Source: an uncultured Acidiferrobacteraceae bacterium (GTDB lineage Bacteria > Pseudomonadota > Gammaproteobacteria > Acidiferrobacterales > SZUA-150). From it: a stretch of 64,000 nt of DNA. Where the stretch lies: assembly GCA_913009895.1 (NCBI GenBank), contig CAJVXY010000007.1, forward strand, positions 15,862 to 79,861, in the 5' to 3' direction. Shown piece by piece: positions 1 to 13,374 of the stretch (position 1 is the stretch's first letter; every line of letters starts with the position of its first letter). The translations under genes were made by a program, and so were the position numbers. The notes below the pieces were generated by a model. It was given only the letters and a program-made list of their open reading frames with translations, made no database searches and was not told where the DNA came from.

Positions 1-3000
1 TGGCGCTTGAACTATTCAAACCTTTTATTTTCAGCAAGCTGGAACTGCGCGGACTGGCCACAACCATCAAGGCCGCCAAGAAAATGGTGGAGGCCGCCAC
101 CCCGGAAGTCTGGGATGTGCTCGAAGAAGTTATTCGTGAGCACCCGGTCATGTTAAACCGGGCACCGACATTGCACAGACTGGGCATCCAGGCATTTGAG
201 CCGGTATTGATTGAAGGTAAGGCGATCCAGTTACATCCCCTGGTTTGTGCTGCCTACAATGCCGACTTCGATGGCGACCAAATGGCTGTCCATATTCCAC
301 TTTCACTGGAAGCCCAGCTGGAAGCGCGTACCTTGATGATGTCTACCAACAATGTGTTGTCACCAGCAAATGGCGAACCCATTATTGTGCCTTCCCAGGA
401 CATCGTGCTTGGTTTGTATTACATGACACGCTCGCGTATCAACGCCCAGGGCGAAGGTCACATTTATTCTGATGTGGCAGAAGTGCATCGCGCCTATGAG
501 TCACGCTATGTATCACTACACGCTAGCATAAAAGTTCGTATCCGCGAATTCATTCTGGATGAAGATGGCAATACCGAGGAACGCTTTGAGCTGCATGAGA
601 CCACTGCCGGTCGTGCACTATTGTCAGAAATATTGCCAAAAGGCCTGCCGTTTGATGTGTTAGATCGTGAAATGAAGAAAAAGGCAATATCCGAGTTAAT
701 TAATATCTGTTATCGCAAGGTTGGCCTCAAGGCCACCGTAATTTTTGCTGATAAGCTGATGTATACAGGTTTTCGGTATGCTACCCGTGCCGGTATTTCC
801 ATTGCTGTCGACGATATGCAAATACCTGCCGAGAAAGCAGAAATCATGGCTGCATCAGAAGCTGAAGTGAAAAGTATTACCGAGCAATACCAGTCAGGTC
901 TGTTGACCGATGGTGAGCGCTACAACAAGGTTGTAGATATCTGGACCCATACCAGTGAGCGTGTAGCCAAATCCATGATGGACTTGATTGGTACCGAAGA
1001 AGTTGAGGATGCTGAAGGCAAGATGGTTAAGCAAGATTCCTTCAACTCTATTTATATGATGGCAGATTCAGGCGCACGTGGTAGCCCCGCCCAGATTCGT
1101 CAGCTCGCCGGCATGCGTGGTCTGATGGCGAAACCGGATGGCTCAATTATTGAAAACCCGATCACGGCAAATTTCCGTGAAGGCCTGAATGTGTTGCAGT
1201 ATTTTATTTCCACTCATGGCGCGCGCAAAGGCCTGGCCGATACCGCACTCAAGACCGCGAACTCCGGGTATTTAACACGACGCCTGGTGGATGTTTGCCA
1301 GGATCTGGTCATCACGAAAGATGATTGTGGTACCAAGGTCGGTGTCACCAAGTCGGCATTGGTAGAAGGTGGTGAAGTGGTGATCCAGTTACGAGACCGT
1401 ATCCTCGGTCGTGTGGTTATTGGCGATGTCATTGATCCGGCCAATAAAAAGAATGTTTTGATGACCGACGGCACATTGCTTGATGAAAGAATGGTGACCT
1501 TGCTGGAAGATAATAATATTGACCAGTTAGATGTCCGTTCGCCGGTCACTTGTGCAACTCGCTTTGGCGTTTGTGCCAAATGTTATGGCCGTGATCTGGG
1601 TCGTGGACACCTGATTAACATGGGTGAAGCGGTTGGCGTCATTGCTGCCCAGAGTATTGGCGAACCTGGCACCCAGTTGACCATGCGTACTTTCCATATT
1701 GGTGGTGCCGCATCACGTGCCGCAGCAGTCAGTAATATAGATGTAAAAACTGCCGGTACGGTCAGGCTCAAGACCGTGAAACTGGTCAAACACGCAAGCG
1801 GCCACTCTGTGGTGGTCTCCCGCTCTGGAGAAGTCATTGTCCAGGACGAATTTGGCAGAGATCGGGAACGCTACAAGGTACCCTATGGTGCCGCCCTGTC
1901 TACAAACGACGGTGACCAGGTCAAAGCTGGCCAGATGATTGCTAACTGGGATCCCCATACACACCCGATCATTACCGAGCTGGATGGTATTGTTACTTTT
2001 ACCGATATTGATGAAGGCGTCACCGTCAATAAACAGACTGATGATTTAACGGGTTTGTCGACCTATGTGGTTATGGAAGCCAGTGAGCGTCGTAGCAGCA
2101 AAGATGCCAAGCCGGTGATTGGTCTTGTCGATAAAAAGGGGGAAGAAATAATTTTCCCCGGTACCAGCATCCCGGCCAAGTACATGTTACCACCGGGCGC
2201 GGTGATTACGGTCGATAATGGGGCCAAGGTAGGTATCGGTGACGTACTCGCTCGTATACCGCAGGAAGTTTCTAAAACCCGTGATATTACCGGTGGTTTG
2301 CCCCGGGTAGCTGAGCTATTCGAGGCACGTAAACCCAAAGAAGCCGCTATTTTGGCAGAACTTGCCGGTGTTGTGTCTTTCGGTAAAGAGACCAAGGGCA
2401 AACAGCGCCTGGTGATTACCGATTCTGACGGGGTCCAGCATGAATGGCTGATCCCCAAAATCAGGCACATTAATGTGTTTGAGGGTGAAACTGTTGAACA
2501 GGGCGATGTCATTGTCGATGGCGCCTCGGTTGCGGGCGATATTCTCAGGTTACTGGGGGTTGAGGCGTTAACCAATTACATTGTTGATGAAATTCAGGAT
2601 GTGTATCGACTCCAGGGTGTGAAAATCAACGACAAGCATATTGAGGTGATTATTCGCCAAATGTTGCGCAAGGTTGATATTAAAGTACCTGGCGACAGCC
2701 GTTTTCTGCCAGGCGAGCAAGTAGAATGGGCCACGCTACTGGGTGTAAATGAGGAATTAGAAGCCAAGGGTGAAGAGCCTGCTGAATATGCCCGGATATT
2801 GCTGGGCATCACCAAGGCATCCCTGTCCACCGAGTCATTTATCTCGGCTGCTTCCTTCCAGGAAACCACCCGGGTACTGACTGAGGCCTCGATAAACGGC
2901 AAGCGCGACCAGTTACGGGGTTTAAAGGAAAACGTCATTGTTGGCCGTTTGATCCCGGCGGGTACTGGCCTGGCATATCACCAGGAACGGCGCCGACAGC

Positions 3001-3098
3001 GTAGCGAAGACCAGCAAGAAGCCCTTGATTTAAAAGAGGCTTTATCTGGTATGGCGCCACCACCGGAAAACGACGAGGAAGAAGTCGCCAGCGTCTGA
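1..3098 (+). CDS. rpoC: RNA polymerase beta' subunit (5' truncated by window edge)
   Basis: [12 protein letters not shown] catalytic motif; frame open from window start (..[28 protein letters not shown]..). Confidence 0.99.
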   Translation, partial: ALELFKPFIFSKLELRGLATTIKAAKKMVEAATPEVWDVLEEVIREHPVMLNRAPTLHRLGIQAFEPVLIEGKAIQLHPLVCAAYNADFDGDQMAVHIPLSLEAQLEARTLMMSTNNVLSPANGEPIIVPSQDIVLGLYYMTRSRINAQGEGHIYSDVAEVHRAYESRYVSLHASIKVRIREFILDEDGNTEERFELHETTAGRALLSEILPKGLPFDVLDREMKKKAISELINICYRKVGLKATVIFADKLMYTGFRYATRAGISIAVDDMQIPAEKAEIMAASEAEVKSITEQYQSGLLTDGERYNKVVDIWTHTSERVAKSMMDLIGTEEVEDAEGKMVKQDSFNSIYMMADSGARGSPAQIRQLAGMRGLMAKPDGSIIENPITANFREGLNVLQYFISTHGARKGLADTALKTANSGYLTRRLVDVCQDLVITKDDCGTKVGVTKSALVEGGEVVIQLRDRILGRVVIGDVIDPANKKNVLMTDGTLLDERMVTLLEDNNIDQLDVRSPVTCATRFGVCAKCYGRDLGRGHLINMGEAVGVIAAQSIGEPGTQLTMRTFHIGGAASRAAAVSNIDVKTAGTVRLKTVKLVKHASGHSVVVSRSGEVIVQDEFGRDRERYKVPYGAALSTNDGDQVKAGQMIANWDPHTHPIITELDGIVTFTDIDEGVTVNKQTDDLTGLSTYVVMEASERRSSKDAKPVIGLVDKKGEEIIFPGTSIPAKYMLPPGAVITVDNGAKVGIGDVLARIPQEVSKTRDITGGLPRVAELFEARKPKEAAILAELAGVVSFGKETKGKQRLVITDSDGVQHEWLIPKIRHINVFEGETVEQGDVIVDGASVAGDILRLLGVEALTNYIVDEIQDVYRLQGVKINDKHIEVIIRQMLRKVDIKVPGDSRFLPGEQVEWATLLGVNEELEAKGEEPAEYARILLGITKASLSTESFISAASFQETTRVLTEASINGKRDQLRGLKENVIVGRLIPAGTGLAYHQERRRQRSEDQQEALDLKEALSGMAPPPENDEEEVASV

Positions 3099-3116
3099 AT
3101 GACAGACTGAAATACC

Positions 3117-3145
3117 TTGACACTTAAGGGGTGTGTGCCTAGTAT
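3117..3145 (+). promoter_or_regulatory. sigma70 promoter of str operon
   Basis: TTGACA-N17-TAGTAT followed by GC-rich discriminator CGCGCCCC. Confidence 0.75.
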
Positions 3146-3157
3146 CGCGCCCCACCT

Positions 3158-3197
3158 GACAGGCCGGAATGGCTCCGGCCTGTCGTTTTTTGTTTTT
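3158..3197 (+). terminator. Intrinsic terminator-like hairpin between rpoC and rpsL
   Basis: 11-bp stem GACAGGCCGGA/TCCGGCCTGTC followed by GTTTTTTGTTTTT. Confidence 0.75.
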
Positions 3198-3214
3198 AAA
3201 GGCGGAGTGAATTC

Positions 3215-3589
3215 GTGCCAACGATTAACCAACTGGTCAGAAAACCCCGGAAAAGGGCTGTTAAAAAGTCTACTGTTCCGGCACTGGAAGCAAGTCCCCA
3301 AAAAAGAGGGGTTTGCACCCGTGTTTACACGACAACACCCAAAAAGCCGAACTCGGCTTTGCGTAAAGTTGCCCGTGTTCGCTTGACCAACGGGTTTGAA
3401 GTAACCACTTACATTGGTGGTGAAGGCCATAATTTGCAAGAACACTCCGTGGTACTGATTCGGGGTGGTCGTGTCAAGGATTTGCCCGGTGTGCGATATC
3501 ACACGGTCCGTGGTTCATTAGATACCTCCGGTGTCGCGGATCGTAAGCAAGGGCGCTCTAAATACGGCACCAAACGTCCCAAGTCTTAA
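3215..3589 (+). CDS. rpsL: 30S ribosomal protein S12
   Basis: [20 protein letters not shown]; GTG start. Confidence 0.99.
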   Translation: MPTINQLVRKPRKRAVKKSTVPALEASPQKRGVCTRVYTTTPKKPNSALRKVARVRLTNGFEVTTYIGGEGHNLQEHSVVLIRGGRVKDLPGVRYHTVRGSLDTSGVADRKQGRSKYGTKRPKS

Positions 3590-3613
3590 ACTGGGGGCGT
3601 AGATTTTTTAGTC

Positions 3614-3640
3614 ATGCCGCGCCTTAACCGGGCGTGGCAT
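3614..3640 (+). promoter_or_regulatory. rpsL-rpsG intercistronic hairpin (possible S7 control or processing element)
   Basis: ATGCCGCGCC/GGCGTGGCAT stem; same location as the E. coli S7 target, but function is inferred. Confidence 0.35.
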
Positions 3641-3690
3641 TTTAGTCCCTAGATTATTTAGATTATTTAGATAATTTAGGGTATTTATAG

Positions 3691-4191
<501 letters not shown>

Positions 4192-4207
4192 TAAAGGAAT
4201 ATGAGTC

Positions 4208-6307
4208 GTGGCACGTAAAACCCCAATTGAACGTTATCGCAATATCGGCATTATGGCCCATATTGACGCGGGTAAAACAACGACCACCGAGCGTGTTCTT
4301 TTCTATACCGGCGTTTCTCACAAGATTGGTGAAGTCCATGATGGTGCGGCCACCATGGACTGGATGGAACAGGAGCAAGAACGCGGTATTACGATTACCT
4401 CAGCTGCCACCACCTGTTTCTGGAAAGGTATGGAGCAGCAATATGACGAGCATCGTATCAATATAATAGATACCCCTGGCCACGTTGACTTCACAATTGA
4501 AGTTGAACGTTCTTTACGTGTCCTTGACGGCTCGGTGGCTGTGTTTTGTGCAGTAGGCGGGGTTGAGCCACAATCCGAGACTGTTTGGCGTCAGGCCAAC
4601 AAATATCATGTACCCCGCATGGCTTTCGTGAACAAAATGGATCGGGCCGGCGCAGATTTTCTGCGCGTCATTGAGCAGCTCAAGACCCGTCTCGGTGCGA
4701 ATCCCGTGGCAATGCAATTAAACATTGGTGCCGAAGAGAATTTTAAGGGCGTCATTGACCTGGTTAAAATGAAAGCCATCAACTGGAATGAGGACGATCT
4801 GGGCGTCAGTTTTGTTGAGGAAGATATCCCGGCCGACTTGTTAGACAAAGCTACCGAGTTGCACGAACAAATGGTCGAGGCGGCTGCCGAATCATCTGAA
4901 GTCTTGATGGACAAGTACCTGGAAGAGGGTGATCTCAGTCCTGAAGATATCAAGGCCGGTATTCGTATGCGTACCCTGGCTAATGAAATTATTCCTGTAT
5001 TTTGTGGTTCCGCATTCAAGAACAAAGGTGTCCAGGCGATGCTGGATGCGGTTGTTGACTACATGCCATCACCGACAGATGTGCCTGCCATTAAGGGCAT
5101 TCTTGATGACAAGGACGAGACTGAGGGTGAGCGTAAATCATCCGATGACGAGCCTTTTGCGGCCCTGGCATTCAAGATTGCCACCGACCCTTTTGTTGGT
5201 CAGCTGGTATTTTTCCGTGTTTATTCCGGTATCATGAAATCAGGCGATACTATTTATAACCCGGTGCGTGGCAAAAAAGAGCGCATTGGCCGTATTTTGC
5301 AAATGCATGCCAATAGTCGTGAAGAAATTAAAGAGGTACGTGCCGGTGATATAGCCGCCGCAGTTGGGATTAAAGATGTCACAACAGGCGATACCCTTTG
5401 TGCGCTTAGTGATATCATTACGCTGGAACGTATGGAGTTTCCGGAACCGGTTATTTCCCAGGCCGTAGAACCTAAAACAAAAGTTGACCAGGAAAAAATG
5501 GGTTTGGCTCTAGGCAGGTTGGCCCAGGAAGATCCGTCTTTTCACGTGCGCACTGATGAAGAATCCGGTCAGACCATTATCTCCGGTATGGGTGAATTAC
5601 ACCTGGATATTATTATAGATCGCATGAGACGTGAATTTGGTGTTGAAGCCAACGTCGGTGCGCCACAAGTGGCATACCGGGAGACGATTCGCAGCCCTAT
5701 TGATATTGAACACAAGTACGTCAAACAGTCGGGTGGTCGAGGGCAATATGGCCATGTTTGTATTAAATTTGAACCACAAAAAGCAGGTGATGGCTTCGAA
5801 TTTGTCGACAAGATCAAGGGCGGTGTTGTACCCAGGGAATATATTCCGGCAGTCCAGAAAGGACTGATCGAGGCAATGGAGCGTGGTATTCGCGCCGGTT
5901 ACCCGGTTGTCGATATTAAAGCTACGTTACATTTTGGCTCATACCATGATGTGGATTCATCTGAAAACGCATTTCGCATGGCCGCCATTATGGCTTTCAA
6001 GGAAGGTGCAGCCAAGGCTGATCCGGTGTTGCTCGAGCCGATTATGGCCGTTGAAGTTGTTACGCCTGAAGATTACATGGGCAGTGTCAATGGTGACTTG
6101 AGCTCAAGACGGGGCATCATTCTTGGTATGGATGATGCGCCTGCCGGCAAGATCATTCAGGCAGAAGTGCCATTGGCAGAAATGTTTGGTTATGCCACTT
6201 CCCTGAGATCGGCAACCCAGGGACGTGCAAACTATACAATGGAATTTAAGAAGTATGCAGCAGCACCAAATAATGTTGCAGAAACCGTAATCAAGAAAGC
6301 AAGTTAA
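4208..6307 (+). CDS. fusA: Elongation factor G
   Basis: [21 protein letters not shown]; 699 aa. Confidence 0.99.
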   Translation: MARKTPIERYRNIGIMAHIDAGKTTTTERVLFYTGVSHKIGEVHDGAATMDWMEQEQERGITITSAATTCFWKGMEQQYDEHRINIIDTPGHVDFTIEVERSLRVLDGSVAVFCAVGGVEPQSETVWRQANKYHVPRMAFVNKMDRAGADFLRVIEQLKTRLGANPVAMQLNIGAEENFKGVIDLVKMKAINWNEDDLGVSFVEEDIPADLLDKATELHEQMVEAAAESSEVLMDKYLEEGDLSPEDIKAGIRMRTLANEIIPVFCGSAFKNKGVQAMLDAVVDYMPSPTDVPAIKGILDDKDETEGERKSSDDEPFAALAFKIATDPFVGQLVFFRVYSGIMKSGDTIYNPVRGKKERIGRILQMHANSREEIKEVRAGDIAAAVGIKDVTTGDTLCALSDIITLERMEFPEPVISQAVEPKTKVDQEKMGLALGRLAQEDPSFHVRTDEESGQTIISGMGELHLDIIIDRMRREFGVEANVGAPQVAYRETIRSPIDIEHKYVKQSGGRGQYGHVCIKFEPQKAGDGFEFVDKIKGGVVPREYIPAVQKGLIEAMERGIRAGYPVVDIKATLHFGSYHDVDSSENAFRMAAIMAFKEGAAKADPVLLEPIMAVEVVTPEDYMGSVNGDLSSRRGIILGMDDAPAGKIIQAEVPLAEMFGYATSLRSATQGRANYTMEFKKYAAAPNNVAETVIKKAS

Positions 6308-6367
6308 ATTTATTAAGCAATATTTATTAACTAATTAATATAAGAAATTAGAGAAGAGGCACCCACG

Positions 6368-7558
6368 ATGTCCAAGGAAAAATACGAACGCAACAAACCC
6401 CACTGTAACGTGGGCACCATCGGTCACGTCGATCATGGTAAAACGACTTTAACCGCTGCCCTGACCAAGGTCCTGGGCGAGAAACATGGCGGTGAGTTCA
6501 AGGACTATGCCGACATCGATAATGCCCCGGAAGAGCGGGAACGTGGTATTACCATTGCCACCGCCCACGTGGAGTATGAAACCGAGAACCGTCATTACGC
6601 CCACGTGGATTGCCCGGGCCATGCGGATTACGTCAAGAACATGATCACCGGTGCTGCCCAGATGGATGGCGCTATTTTAGTGGTCTCGGCCGCCGATGGC
6701 CCCATGCCCCAGACTCGCGAGCATATCCTGCTGGCCCGTCAGGTCGGCGTCCCTTATATCGTGGTTTACCTGAATAAAGCCGACCAGGTCGATGATGCTG
6801 AATTATTAGAACTGGTGGAAATGGAAGTACGGGAATTACTCGATGCCTATGATTTCCCGGGTGATGACACCCCGATTATTATCGGCTCTGCCTTAAAGGC
6901 CCTGGAAGGGGATAAAAGTGATATTGGTGAGGCCAGTATTCTCAAATTAGCCGAAGCCGTTGACTCTTATATCCCACAACCGGAACGCGCCATTGATGGC
7001 GACTTCCTGATGCCCGTCGAAGACGTGTTCTCTATCTCCGGTCGCGGCACCGTGGTCACCGGTCGGATTGAGCGTGGCATTGTCAAAGTCGGGGATGATA
7101 TCGAGATTATCGGCATTAAAGATACCGCCACCACCACCTGTACCGGCGTGGAAATGTTCAGAAAACTGCTCGACGAAGGTCAGGCAGGGGACAATGTCGG
7201 CATTCTCCTAAGGGGCACCAAACGGGAAGAAGTCGAACGTGGCCAGGTCCTGGCCAAACCGGGTTCCATTACCCCCCATACCCATTTCGAAGCCGAGGTC
7301 TATATCCTGAGCAAAGAAGAAGGGGGCCGTCATACGCCTTTTTTCAGTAACTACCGACCCCAGTTTTACTTCCGTACCACGGACGTCACCGGTGCCGTTG
7401 AATTACCTTCTGGCACAGAAATGGTGATGCCCGGTGACAATATTAAAATGACGGTCAAACTCATTGCCCCCATCGCCATGGAAGATGGCCTGCGCTTCGC
7501 GATTCGTGAAGGCGGTCGTACCGTGGGTGCCGGTGTGGTGGCGAAGATAATAGAGTAA
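6368..7558 (+). CDS. tuf: Elongation factor Tu
   Basis: [27 protein letters not shown]. Confidence 0.99.
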   Translation: MSKEKYERNKPHCNVGTIGHVDHGKTTLTAALTKVLGEKHGGEFKDYADIDNAPEERERGITIATAHVEYETENRHYAHVDCPGHADYVKNMITGAAQMDGAILVVSAADGPMPQTREHILLARQVGVPYIVVYLNKADQVDDAELLELVEMEVRELLDAYDFPGDDTPIIIGSALKALEGDKSDIGEASILKLAEAVDSYIPQPERAIDGDFLMPVEDVFSISGRGTVVTGRIERGIVKVGDDIEIIGIKDTATTTCTGVEMFRKLLDEGQAGDNVGILLRGTKREEVERGQVLAKPGSITPHTHFEAEVYILSKEEGGRHTPFFSNYRPQFYFRTTDVTGAVELPSGTEMVMPGDNIKMTVKLIAPIAMEDGLRFAIREGGRTVGAGVVAKIIE

Positions 7559-7578
7559 GGATTGAATAGCAGGGTAAA

Positions 7579-7899
7579 ATGATGGCAGTAACAAACCAGA
7601 AAATTCGTATTCGTTTAAAGGCTTATGATCATAGGCTGATTGATCGGTCTGCGACTGAAATTGTTGAAACGGCAAAACGTACCGGTGCAATGGTAAAGGG
7701 ACCGATCCCGTTACCCACCAAGATTGAACGTTTTACCTTGTTGCGGTCACCCCATGTGAATAAAGATGCGCGCGACCAGTTCGAGATTCGCACGCACAAA
7801 CGCATTATGGATATTGTTGAGCCGACAGAAAAAACTGTTGATGCATTGATGAAGCTGGATTTGGCAGCTGGCGTTGATGTGGAAATTAAACTGGGTTAA
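7579..7899 (+). CDS. rpsJ: 30S ribosomal protein S10
   Basis: [26 protein letters not shown]. Confidence 0.99.
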   Translation: MMAVTNQKIRIRLKAYDHRLIDRSATEIVETAKRTGAMVKGPIPLPTKIERFTLLRSPHVNKDARDQFEIRTHKRIMDIVEPTEKTVDALMKLDLAAGVDVEIKLG

Positions 7900-7905
7900 T
7901 GACAG

Positions 7906-8589
7906 ATGGCTTTAGCTAACACATTAGGATTAATAGGGCGCAAGATCGGCATGACCCGTGTTTATGCTGATGATGGCGCTGCTGTGCCGGTAACTGTACT
8001 CGAAGTTGCCGCTAATCGTATTACACAAGTAAAAGATATAGACAATGACGGTTACCGTGCCGTCCAGGTCACAGTTGGTGAACGACGACCGAGTCGTGTC
8101 ACCAGGGCAATGGCGGGTCATTTTGCCAAGGCTAGTGTAACCCCGGGCCATAATACCTGGGAGTTTCGACTCGGTACTGCCGATACAGAAGAATTGACTG
8201 CCGGCAGTGAGCTCAAGGTAAACAGGTTTAACGTTGGCCAGATGGTTGATGTGCAAGGAACCAGCATCGGTAAAGGTTTTGCCGGTGTCATGAAAAGACA
8301 CGGGTTTAAAGGGGGTCGCAAGACTCATGGTTGTTCATTGTCCCACCGGGCACCAGGCTCTATTGGCCAGAACCAGACACCAGGCCGTGTATTTCCTGGT
8401 AAAAAAATGGCCGGCCAAATGGGCAACGTTATTCGTACCCAACAAAACCTGGAAGTTATCCGGATTGATGAAGAAAAGAATTTAATGCTGGTGAAAGGAT
8501 CTATACCTGGCCCCAGGGGTGCAGATGTTTTTATTCGTCCTTCACAAAAAGCAAAACCAGTTACAGCAAATAAAAAGGCCGAAGGTTAA
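7906..8589 (+). CDS. rplC: 50S ribosomal protein L3
   Basis: [20 protein letters not shown]. Confidence 0.99.
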   Translation: MALANTLGLIGRKIGMTRVYADDGAAVPVTVLEVAANRITQVKDIDNDGYRAVQVTVGERRPSRVTRAMAGHFAKASVTPGHNTWEFRLGTADTEELTAGSELKVNRFNVGQMVDVQGTSIGKGFAGVMKRHGFKGGRKTHGCSLSHRAPGSIGQNQTPGRVFPGKKMAGQMGNVIRTQQNLEVIRIDEEKNLMLVKGSIPGPRGADVFIRPSQKAKPVTANKKAEG

Positions 8590-8592
8590 GCA

Positions 8593-9210
8593 ATGAAACT
8601 TAGCGTTATTGATAAATCAGGCAAGGCCAAATCAGAGGTCGAGGTTTCTGACGCTATTTTTGCGGCAAAATTTAATGAATCGCTGATTCACCAGTTGGTG
8701 GTAGCCAGTCATGCAGCTCGCCGCCAGGGTACACGGGCACAGAAAAATCGTGCTGCCGTCAGTGGCGGCGGTGCCAAGCCCTTTGCCCAAAAAGGAACAG
8801 GACGGGCACGAGCTGGTACAATCCGCAGTCCAATCTGGCGTGGTGGCGGCAAGGTTTTCCCGTCACAGACAGCAAATTTTACCCAGAAGCTTAACAAGAA
8901 AATGAGACGTGCCGGTTTACGTTCGATCTTTGGCGAACTGGTACGCCAGGAACGATTAATTGCCATTGAAGATTTCAAGATTGATGCCCCAAAGACAAAA
9001 AATTTGGCCGAGAAGTTAGCTAAATTGAATGCCGGAGATGCGCTGATTCTGGTCGATAGTCTCGACACGAATTTGTCATTATCTGCTCGCAACATACCGC
9101 ATATCGGTGTTTGCACGATTGATGAGCTGGATCCGGTCAGCCTGATTGGATATGAAAAAGTCCTGATCACAAAAGAGGCAATCAAAAAATGCGAGGAGTT
9201 ACTGGCATGA
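8593..9210 (+). CDS. rplD: 50S ribosomal protein L4
   Basis: QKGTGRARAG..WRGGG. Confidence 0.99.
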   Translation: MKLSVIDKSGKAKSEVEVSDAIFAAKFNESLIHQLVVASHAARRQGTRAQKNRAAVSGGGAKPFAQKGTGRARAGTIRSPIWRGGGKVFPSQTANFTQKLNKKMRRAGLRSIFGELVRQERLIAIEDFKIDAPKTKNLAEKLAKLNAGDALILVDSLDTNLSLSARNIPHIGVCTIDELDPVSLIGYEKVLITKEAIKKCEELLA

Positions 9211-9500
9211 GAGATGATCGCCTGTATCAAGTGCTGATAGCACCGCGTATTACTGAAAAAACAACGGATATTGCCGAGAAACACGGGCAGTACGTTTTCC
9301 GTGTCCAGGAAGCTGCAACCAAGCCGATGATCAAGGCAGCGGTTGAGAAAATTTTCAGTGTCAATGTTATGTCTGTGCAGGTTTTGAACGTGCGCGGCAA
9401 AATGAAGTACGGTAAACACCCAGGAAAACGTGCGAACTGGAAAAAAGCATTTGTTCGACTCCAGTCAGGTCAGGAAATTGATTTCCTGGGTGTGAAATAA
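9207..9500 (+). CDS. rplW: 50S ribosomal protein L23
   Basis: APRITEK..WKKAFVRL; start placed at ATG overlapping the rplD stop (ATGA). Confidence 0.97.
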   Translation: MRDDRLYQVLIAPRITEKTTDIAEKHGQYVFRVQEAATKPMIKAAVEKIFSVNVMSVQVLNVRGKMKYGKHPGKRANWKKAFVRLQSGQEIDFLGVK

Positions 9501-9518
9501 GCGTAGAGGATTACAGAG

Positions 9519-10346
9519 ATGCCAATCATAAAAGCCAAACCTACTTCAGCCGGTCGTCGTGCCCTGGTTAAAGTTGTGCATCCGCATCTCCATAAGGGAA
9601 AACCTTATGAACCTTTGCTTGAGCCACAATCAAAAACAGCCGGTCGTAATAACCACGGTCGAATTACTGTTCGTCATCGTGGCGGCGGCCATAAGCAACA
9701 CTATCGCGTTATTGATTTTAAACGTGACAAGGACGGTATCCCCGGCACAGTTGAACGCATTGAATATGATCCAAACAGGAGCGCCCATATTGCACTGGTA
9801 TTATATAAGGATGGCGAGCGTCGTTATATTATTGCCCCGAAGGGTTTGCAAAATGGTGATGTAGTAGTGTCTGGTGCTGACTCGGCAATCAAGACAGGCA
9901 ATACCTTACCCATCAGAAAAATTCCAGTGGGCAGCACAATTCATTGTATTGAAATGAAACCTGGTAAAGGCGCACAAATTGGTCGATCTGCTGGCGCGTC
10001 AATACAACTGGTCGCGCGTGAAGGCAGTTACGCCCAGTTACGGTTACGATCTGGCGAGGTGAGACAAATTCATATTGACTGCCGGGCAACAATTGGTGAG
10101 GTCAGTAACTCTGAACATTCACTTCGTAAATTAGGCAAAGCCGGCGCCAAAAGATGGCGTGGCATTCGACCCACGGTTCGAGGTGTTGCAATGAACCCGG
10201 TGGACCATCCCCATGGTGGTGGTGAAGGCCGTACATCTGGTGGCCGTCATCCTGTATCACCTTGGGGTACACCAACCAAGGGATACAAAACCCGATCAAA
10301 CAAACGTACAGACAAAATGATTGTCCGTCGTCGCAAGAAGAAATAG
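9519..10346 (+). CDS. rplB: 50S ribosomal protein L2
   Basis: [17 protein letters not shown]. Confidence 0.99.
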   Translation: MPIIKAKPTSAGRRALVKVVHPHLHKGKPYEPLLEPQSKTAGRNNHGRITVRHRGGGHKQHYRVIDFKRDKDGIPGTVERIEYDPNRSAHIALVLYKDGERRYIIAPKGLQNGDVVVSGADSAIKTGNTLPIRKIPVGSTIHCIEMKPGKGAQIGRSAGASIQLVAREGSYAQLRLRSGEVRQIHIDCRATIGEVSNSEHSLRKLGKAGAKRWRGIRPTVRGVAMNPVDHPHGGGEGRTSGGRHPVSPWGTPTKGYKTRSNKRTDKMIVRRRKKK

Positions 10347-10357
10347 AGGTAATTATT

Positions 10358-10627
10358 GTGCCACGTTCAGTATACAAAGGACCTTTTATTGATCACCACT
10401 TGATGGTGAAGGTTGAAAAGGCGCAATCTGAAGGCAGTAAAAAGCCGGTCAAGACCTGGTCACGCCGGTCAATGATATTGCCAGATTTTATTGGTTTGAC
10501 GATCGCAGTTCATAACGGTCGTCAACATGTGCCGATTCTGATTAACGAGAATATGGTGGGACACAAGTTGGGTGAGTTTGTACCTACTCGCACATTTAGA
10601 GGCCATACTGGCGACAAGAAGAGTTGA
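10358..10627 (+). CDS. rpsS: 30S ribosomal protein S19
   Basis: GTG start after GAGG; [16 protein letters not shown]. Confidence 0.98.
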   Translation: MPRSVYKGPFIDHHLMVKVEKAQSEGSKKPVKTWSRRSMILPDFIGLTIAVHNGRQHVPILINENMVGHKLGEFVPTRTFRGHTGDKKS

Positions 10628-10645
10628 AGGTTTTAGGACACTGAC

Positions 10646-10990
10646 ATGAACGCAACAGCTATTGCAAAAACAATTCGTTTATCTGCCCAAAAAGGCAGAT
10701 TGGTTGCCGATCAGGTTCGTGGCCTGAATGTTGCCAAGGCGCTGGAACTCTTGCAGTTCAGTGATAAAAAAGCCGCGTTGCCAATTCGGAAAGTCCTGGA
10801 GTCAGCAATTGCAAATGCTGAACATAATGAAGGCGCAGATGTTGATGAACTGCGTATTGAAAGCATATTTGTAGATGAAGGCCCCACACTAAAACGCTGG
10901 CGTGCACGTGCTAAAGGTCGGGGCGCAAAAATTTTGAAACGTACCAGTCATATTAAAGTGACGGTAGGCGACAGCAAGGGAGTCAAATAA
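10646..10990 (+). CDS. rplV: 50S ribosomal protein L22
   Basis: [20 protein letters not shown]. Confidence 0.99.
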   Translation: MNATAIAKTIRLSAQKGRLVADQVRGLNVAKALELLQFSDKKAALPIRKVLESAIANAEHNEGADVDELRIESIFVDEGPTLKRWRARAKGRGAKILKRTSHIKVTVGDSKGVK

Positions 10991-11670
10991 TGGGCCAGAA
11001 AGTACACCCAATTGGTATGCGCCTGGGAATTATCCGGGACTGGACATCCAGGTGGTACTCCAATAGTCGTAATTTTGCGGATACGCTGACAACAGATTTA
11101 AAGGTGCGTGATTTTCTGAAAGCCAAGCTTAAACACGCTGCTGTAAGCAAAGTAATTATAGAGCGCCCGGCACAGAGTATGAATATTACAATTCACACTG
11201 CCAGACCTGGTATTGTTATTGGTAAAAAGGGCGAAGACATTGAACGGTTACGGCAGGAAGTTAGCAAAATGGCTGGTTTGCCGGTGCATTTGTCGGTGGA
11301 AGAAATTAGAAAACCTGAGCTGGATGCGCAGTTGGTTGCAGAAAATATTGCCCAACAACTGGAAAAACGTATTATGTTCCGGCGCGCCATGAAACGTGCC
11401 GTGACCAGTGCCATGCGTTTGCGTGCCGAAGGCGTCAAGATAATGCTGGGTGGTCGATTGAATGGCGCCGAGATTGCGCGTTCTGAATGGTACCGTGAAG
11501 GTCGCGTGCCATTGCACACATTACGTGCCGATATAGATTATGGTTTTGCGGAAGCACTCACTACCTATGGCATCATTGGTATCAAGGTCTGGATTTTCAA
11601 GGGAGAAATCATCGACCAGGATGAATCGGTAGCAGCAAAGGCCGACGTTGCCAAAAAAGCAACGGCCTGA
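10990..11670 (+). CDS. rpsC: 30S ribosomal protein S3
   Basis: [21 protein letters not shown]. Confidence 0.99.
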   Translation: MGQKVHPIGMRLGIIRDWTSRWYSNSRNFADTLTTDLKVRDFLKAKLKHAAVSKVIIERPAQSMNITIHTARPGIVIGKKGEDIERLRQEVSKMAGLPVHLSVEEIRKPELDAQLVAENIAQQLEKRIMFRRAMKRAVTSAMRLRAEGVKIMLGGRLNGAEIARSEWYREGRVPLHTLRADIDYGFAEALTTYGIIGIKVWIFKGEIIDQDESVAAKADVAKKATA

Positions 11671-11685
11671 TTGAGGAATAGTTAA

Positions 11686-12102
11686 ATGTTACAACCAAAA
11701 CGTACCAAGTTTCGCAAAATGCATAAAGGCCGTAATCGCGGTCTGGCACAGCGTGGCAGTAAAGTGAGCTTTGGTGAGTTTGGCCTGAAAGCGACAACAC
11801 GTGGCCGTGTTACCGCACGCCAGATTGAAGCCAGCAGGCGCGCCATTACTCGCCATATTAAGCGTGGCGGACGAGTCTGGATTCGCATGTTTCCTGACAA
11901 GCCTATTTCCAAGAAACCATTGGAAGTACGTATGGGTAAAGGAAAAGGCAATCCGGAATACTGGGTTGCGCTGGTTCAGCCAGGTTCAGTGTTATTTGAA
12001 ATGGAAGGTGTGGCAGAAGATCTGGCCAGGGAAGCATTCCAGCTGGGTGCTGCAAAACTTCCTGTACGCACCACGTTTGTTAGCAGGCAGGTAGGACAAT
12101 GA
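11686..12102 (+). CDS. rplP: 50S ribosomal protein L16
   Basis: [18 protein letters not shown]. Confidence 0.99.
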   Translation: MLQPKRTKFRKMHKGRNRGLAQRGSKVSFGEFGLKATTRGRVTARQIEASRRAITRHIKRGGRVWIRMFPDKPISKKPLEVRMGKGKGNPEYWVALVQPGSVLFEMEGVAEDLAREAFQLGAAKLPVRTTFVSRQVGQ

Positions 12103-12311
12103 AGGTGAGTGAATTACGAAATCTGGATTCAAAGACACTCCAGCAAGAGCTGGAAGGTTTATCTAAAGAGCAGTTTAATTTGCGTATGCAGACAGCGACA
12201 CAGCAGCTGGCAAACACAGCGCAATTAACCAAGGTCAGAAAAGATATTGCACGGGTTAAAACAGTTATGAATGAATTGATTACAGGATTGAAAGCAGGTA
12301 AGGCAGAATGA
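12099..12311 (+). CDS. rpmC: 50S ribosomal protein L29
   Basis: [17 protein letters not shown]; operon position. Confidence 0.97.
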   Translation: MKVSELRNLDSKTLQQELEGLSKEQFNLRMQTATQQLANTAQLTKVRKDIARVKTVMNELITGLKAGKAE

Positions 12312-12574
12312 GTGAGCAGGCAAAAACTGCACGTTCTGAGACTGGCAGAGTAGTAAGCAGTAAAGCGGAAAAGACAATCACCGTGAAGATTGATAGACGG
12401 GTGAAACATCCACTTTATGGAAAGTTTATTAGTCGCACCACCAAACTACATGCCCATGACGACAAAAATGAGTGTGACGAAGGTGATTTGGTATTAATTG
12501 AAGAATGTCGACCTCTCTCTAAATTAAAGAGCTGGCGACTGGTTAAAGTACTTGAAAAAGCCGTAAAGGTTTAA
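12308..12574 (+). CDS. rpsQ: 30S ribosomal protein S17
   Basis: KHPLYGK..ECRPLSK. Confidence 0.98.
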   Translation: MSEQAKTARSETGRVVSSKAEKTITVKIDRRVKHPLYGKFISRTTKLHAHDDKNECDEGDLVLIEECRPLSKLKSWRLVKVLEKAVKV

Positions 12575-12614
12575 ATCAGGTTATTTGTTAAAGAATTTTT
12601 TGGAGTAGTAGAAA

Positions 12615-12983
12615 ATGATTCAGATGCAGAGTGTATTGTCAGTTGCTGACAATAGCGGAGCAAAGAGAATTCAGTGCATTAAAGTACTGGGTGGCTCTAA
12701 ACGCCGTTATGCCGGTATTGGCGATGTCATCAAGGTCAGTATCAAGGAAGCTATTCCACGTGGACGTGTAAAAAAAGGTGATGTTTACAATGCAGTTATT
12801 GTCCGCACCGCCAAAGGCGTTCGCCGTAGTGATGGTTCTGTTATACGTTTCGACAGCAATGCCGCTGTTCTGTTAAATCCCCAGAACCAGCCCATTGGTA
12901 CTCGAATATTTGGGCCTGTTACACGGGAATTGCGTACCGAAAATTTTATGAAAATTATTTCTTTGGCACCGGAAGTATTGTAA
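12615..12983 (+). CDS. rplN: 50S ribosomal protein L14
   Basis: [21 protein letters not shown]. Confidence 0.99.
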   Translation: MIQMQSVLSVADNSGAKRIQCIKVLGGSKRRYAGIGDVIKVSIKEAIPRGRVKKGDVYNAVIVRTAKGVRRSDGSVIRFDSNAAVLLNPQNQPIGTRIFGPVTRELRTENFMKIISLAPEVL

Positions 12984-12992
12984 GGGTCTATC

Positions 12993-13310
12993 ATGCGAAA
13001 GATTAAAAAAGGTGACAAGGTTATCGTCCTTACTGGTAAGGATAAAGGTCGTGAAGGCACTGTTTTACAGGTTAAGCCTAACGAACGTGTTTTGGTTGAA
13101 GGCATCAATATGATAAAAAAACACGTCAAGCCAAATCCAAATAAGAGTGAAACCGGCGGTATTATTGATAAGGAAGCAGCATTGCATATTTCAAATATTG
13201 CACTGGTGAATCCTGCTACTGGCAAAGCAGATCGGGTTGGAATCAAAACCCTCGAGGATAACACCAGGGTTCGTTTTTTTAAGAGCGATGGCGAGTCAGT
13301 AGACGCCTAG
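12993..13310 (+). CDS. rplX: 50S ribosomal protein L24
   Basis: KOW motif [16 protein letters not shown]. Confidence 0.99.
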   Translation: MRKIKKGDKVIVLTGKDKGREGTVLQVKPNERVLVEGINMIKKHVKPNPNKSETGGIIDKEAALHISNIALVNPATGKADRVGIKTLEDNTRVRFFKSDGESVDA

Positions 13311-13374
13311 AATTAATAGAACCCGGTATTTACAGTACATATATATAGTTTAAGGATATTTCAGGATCGGCAAA

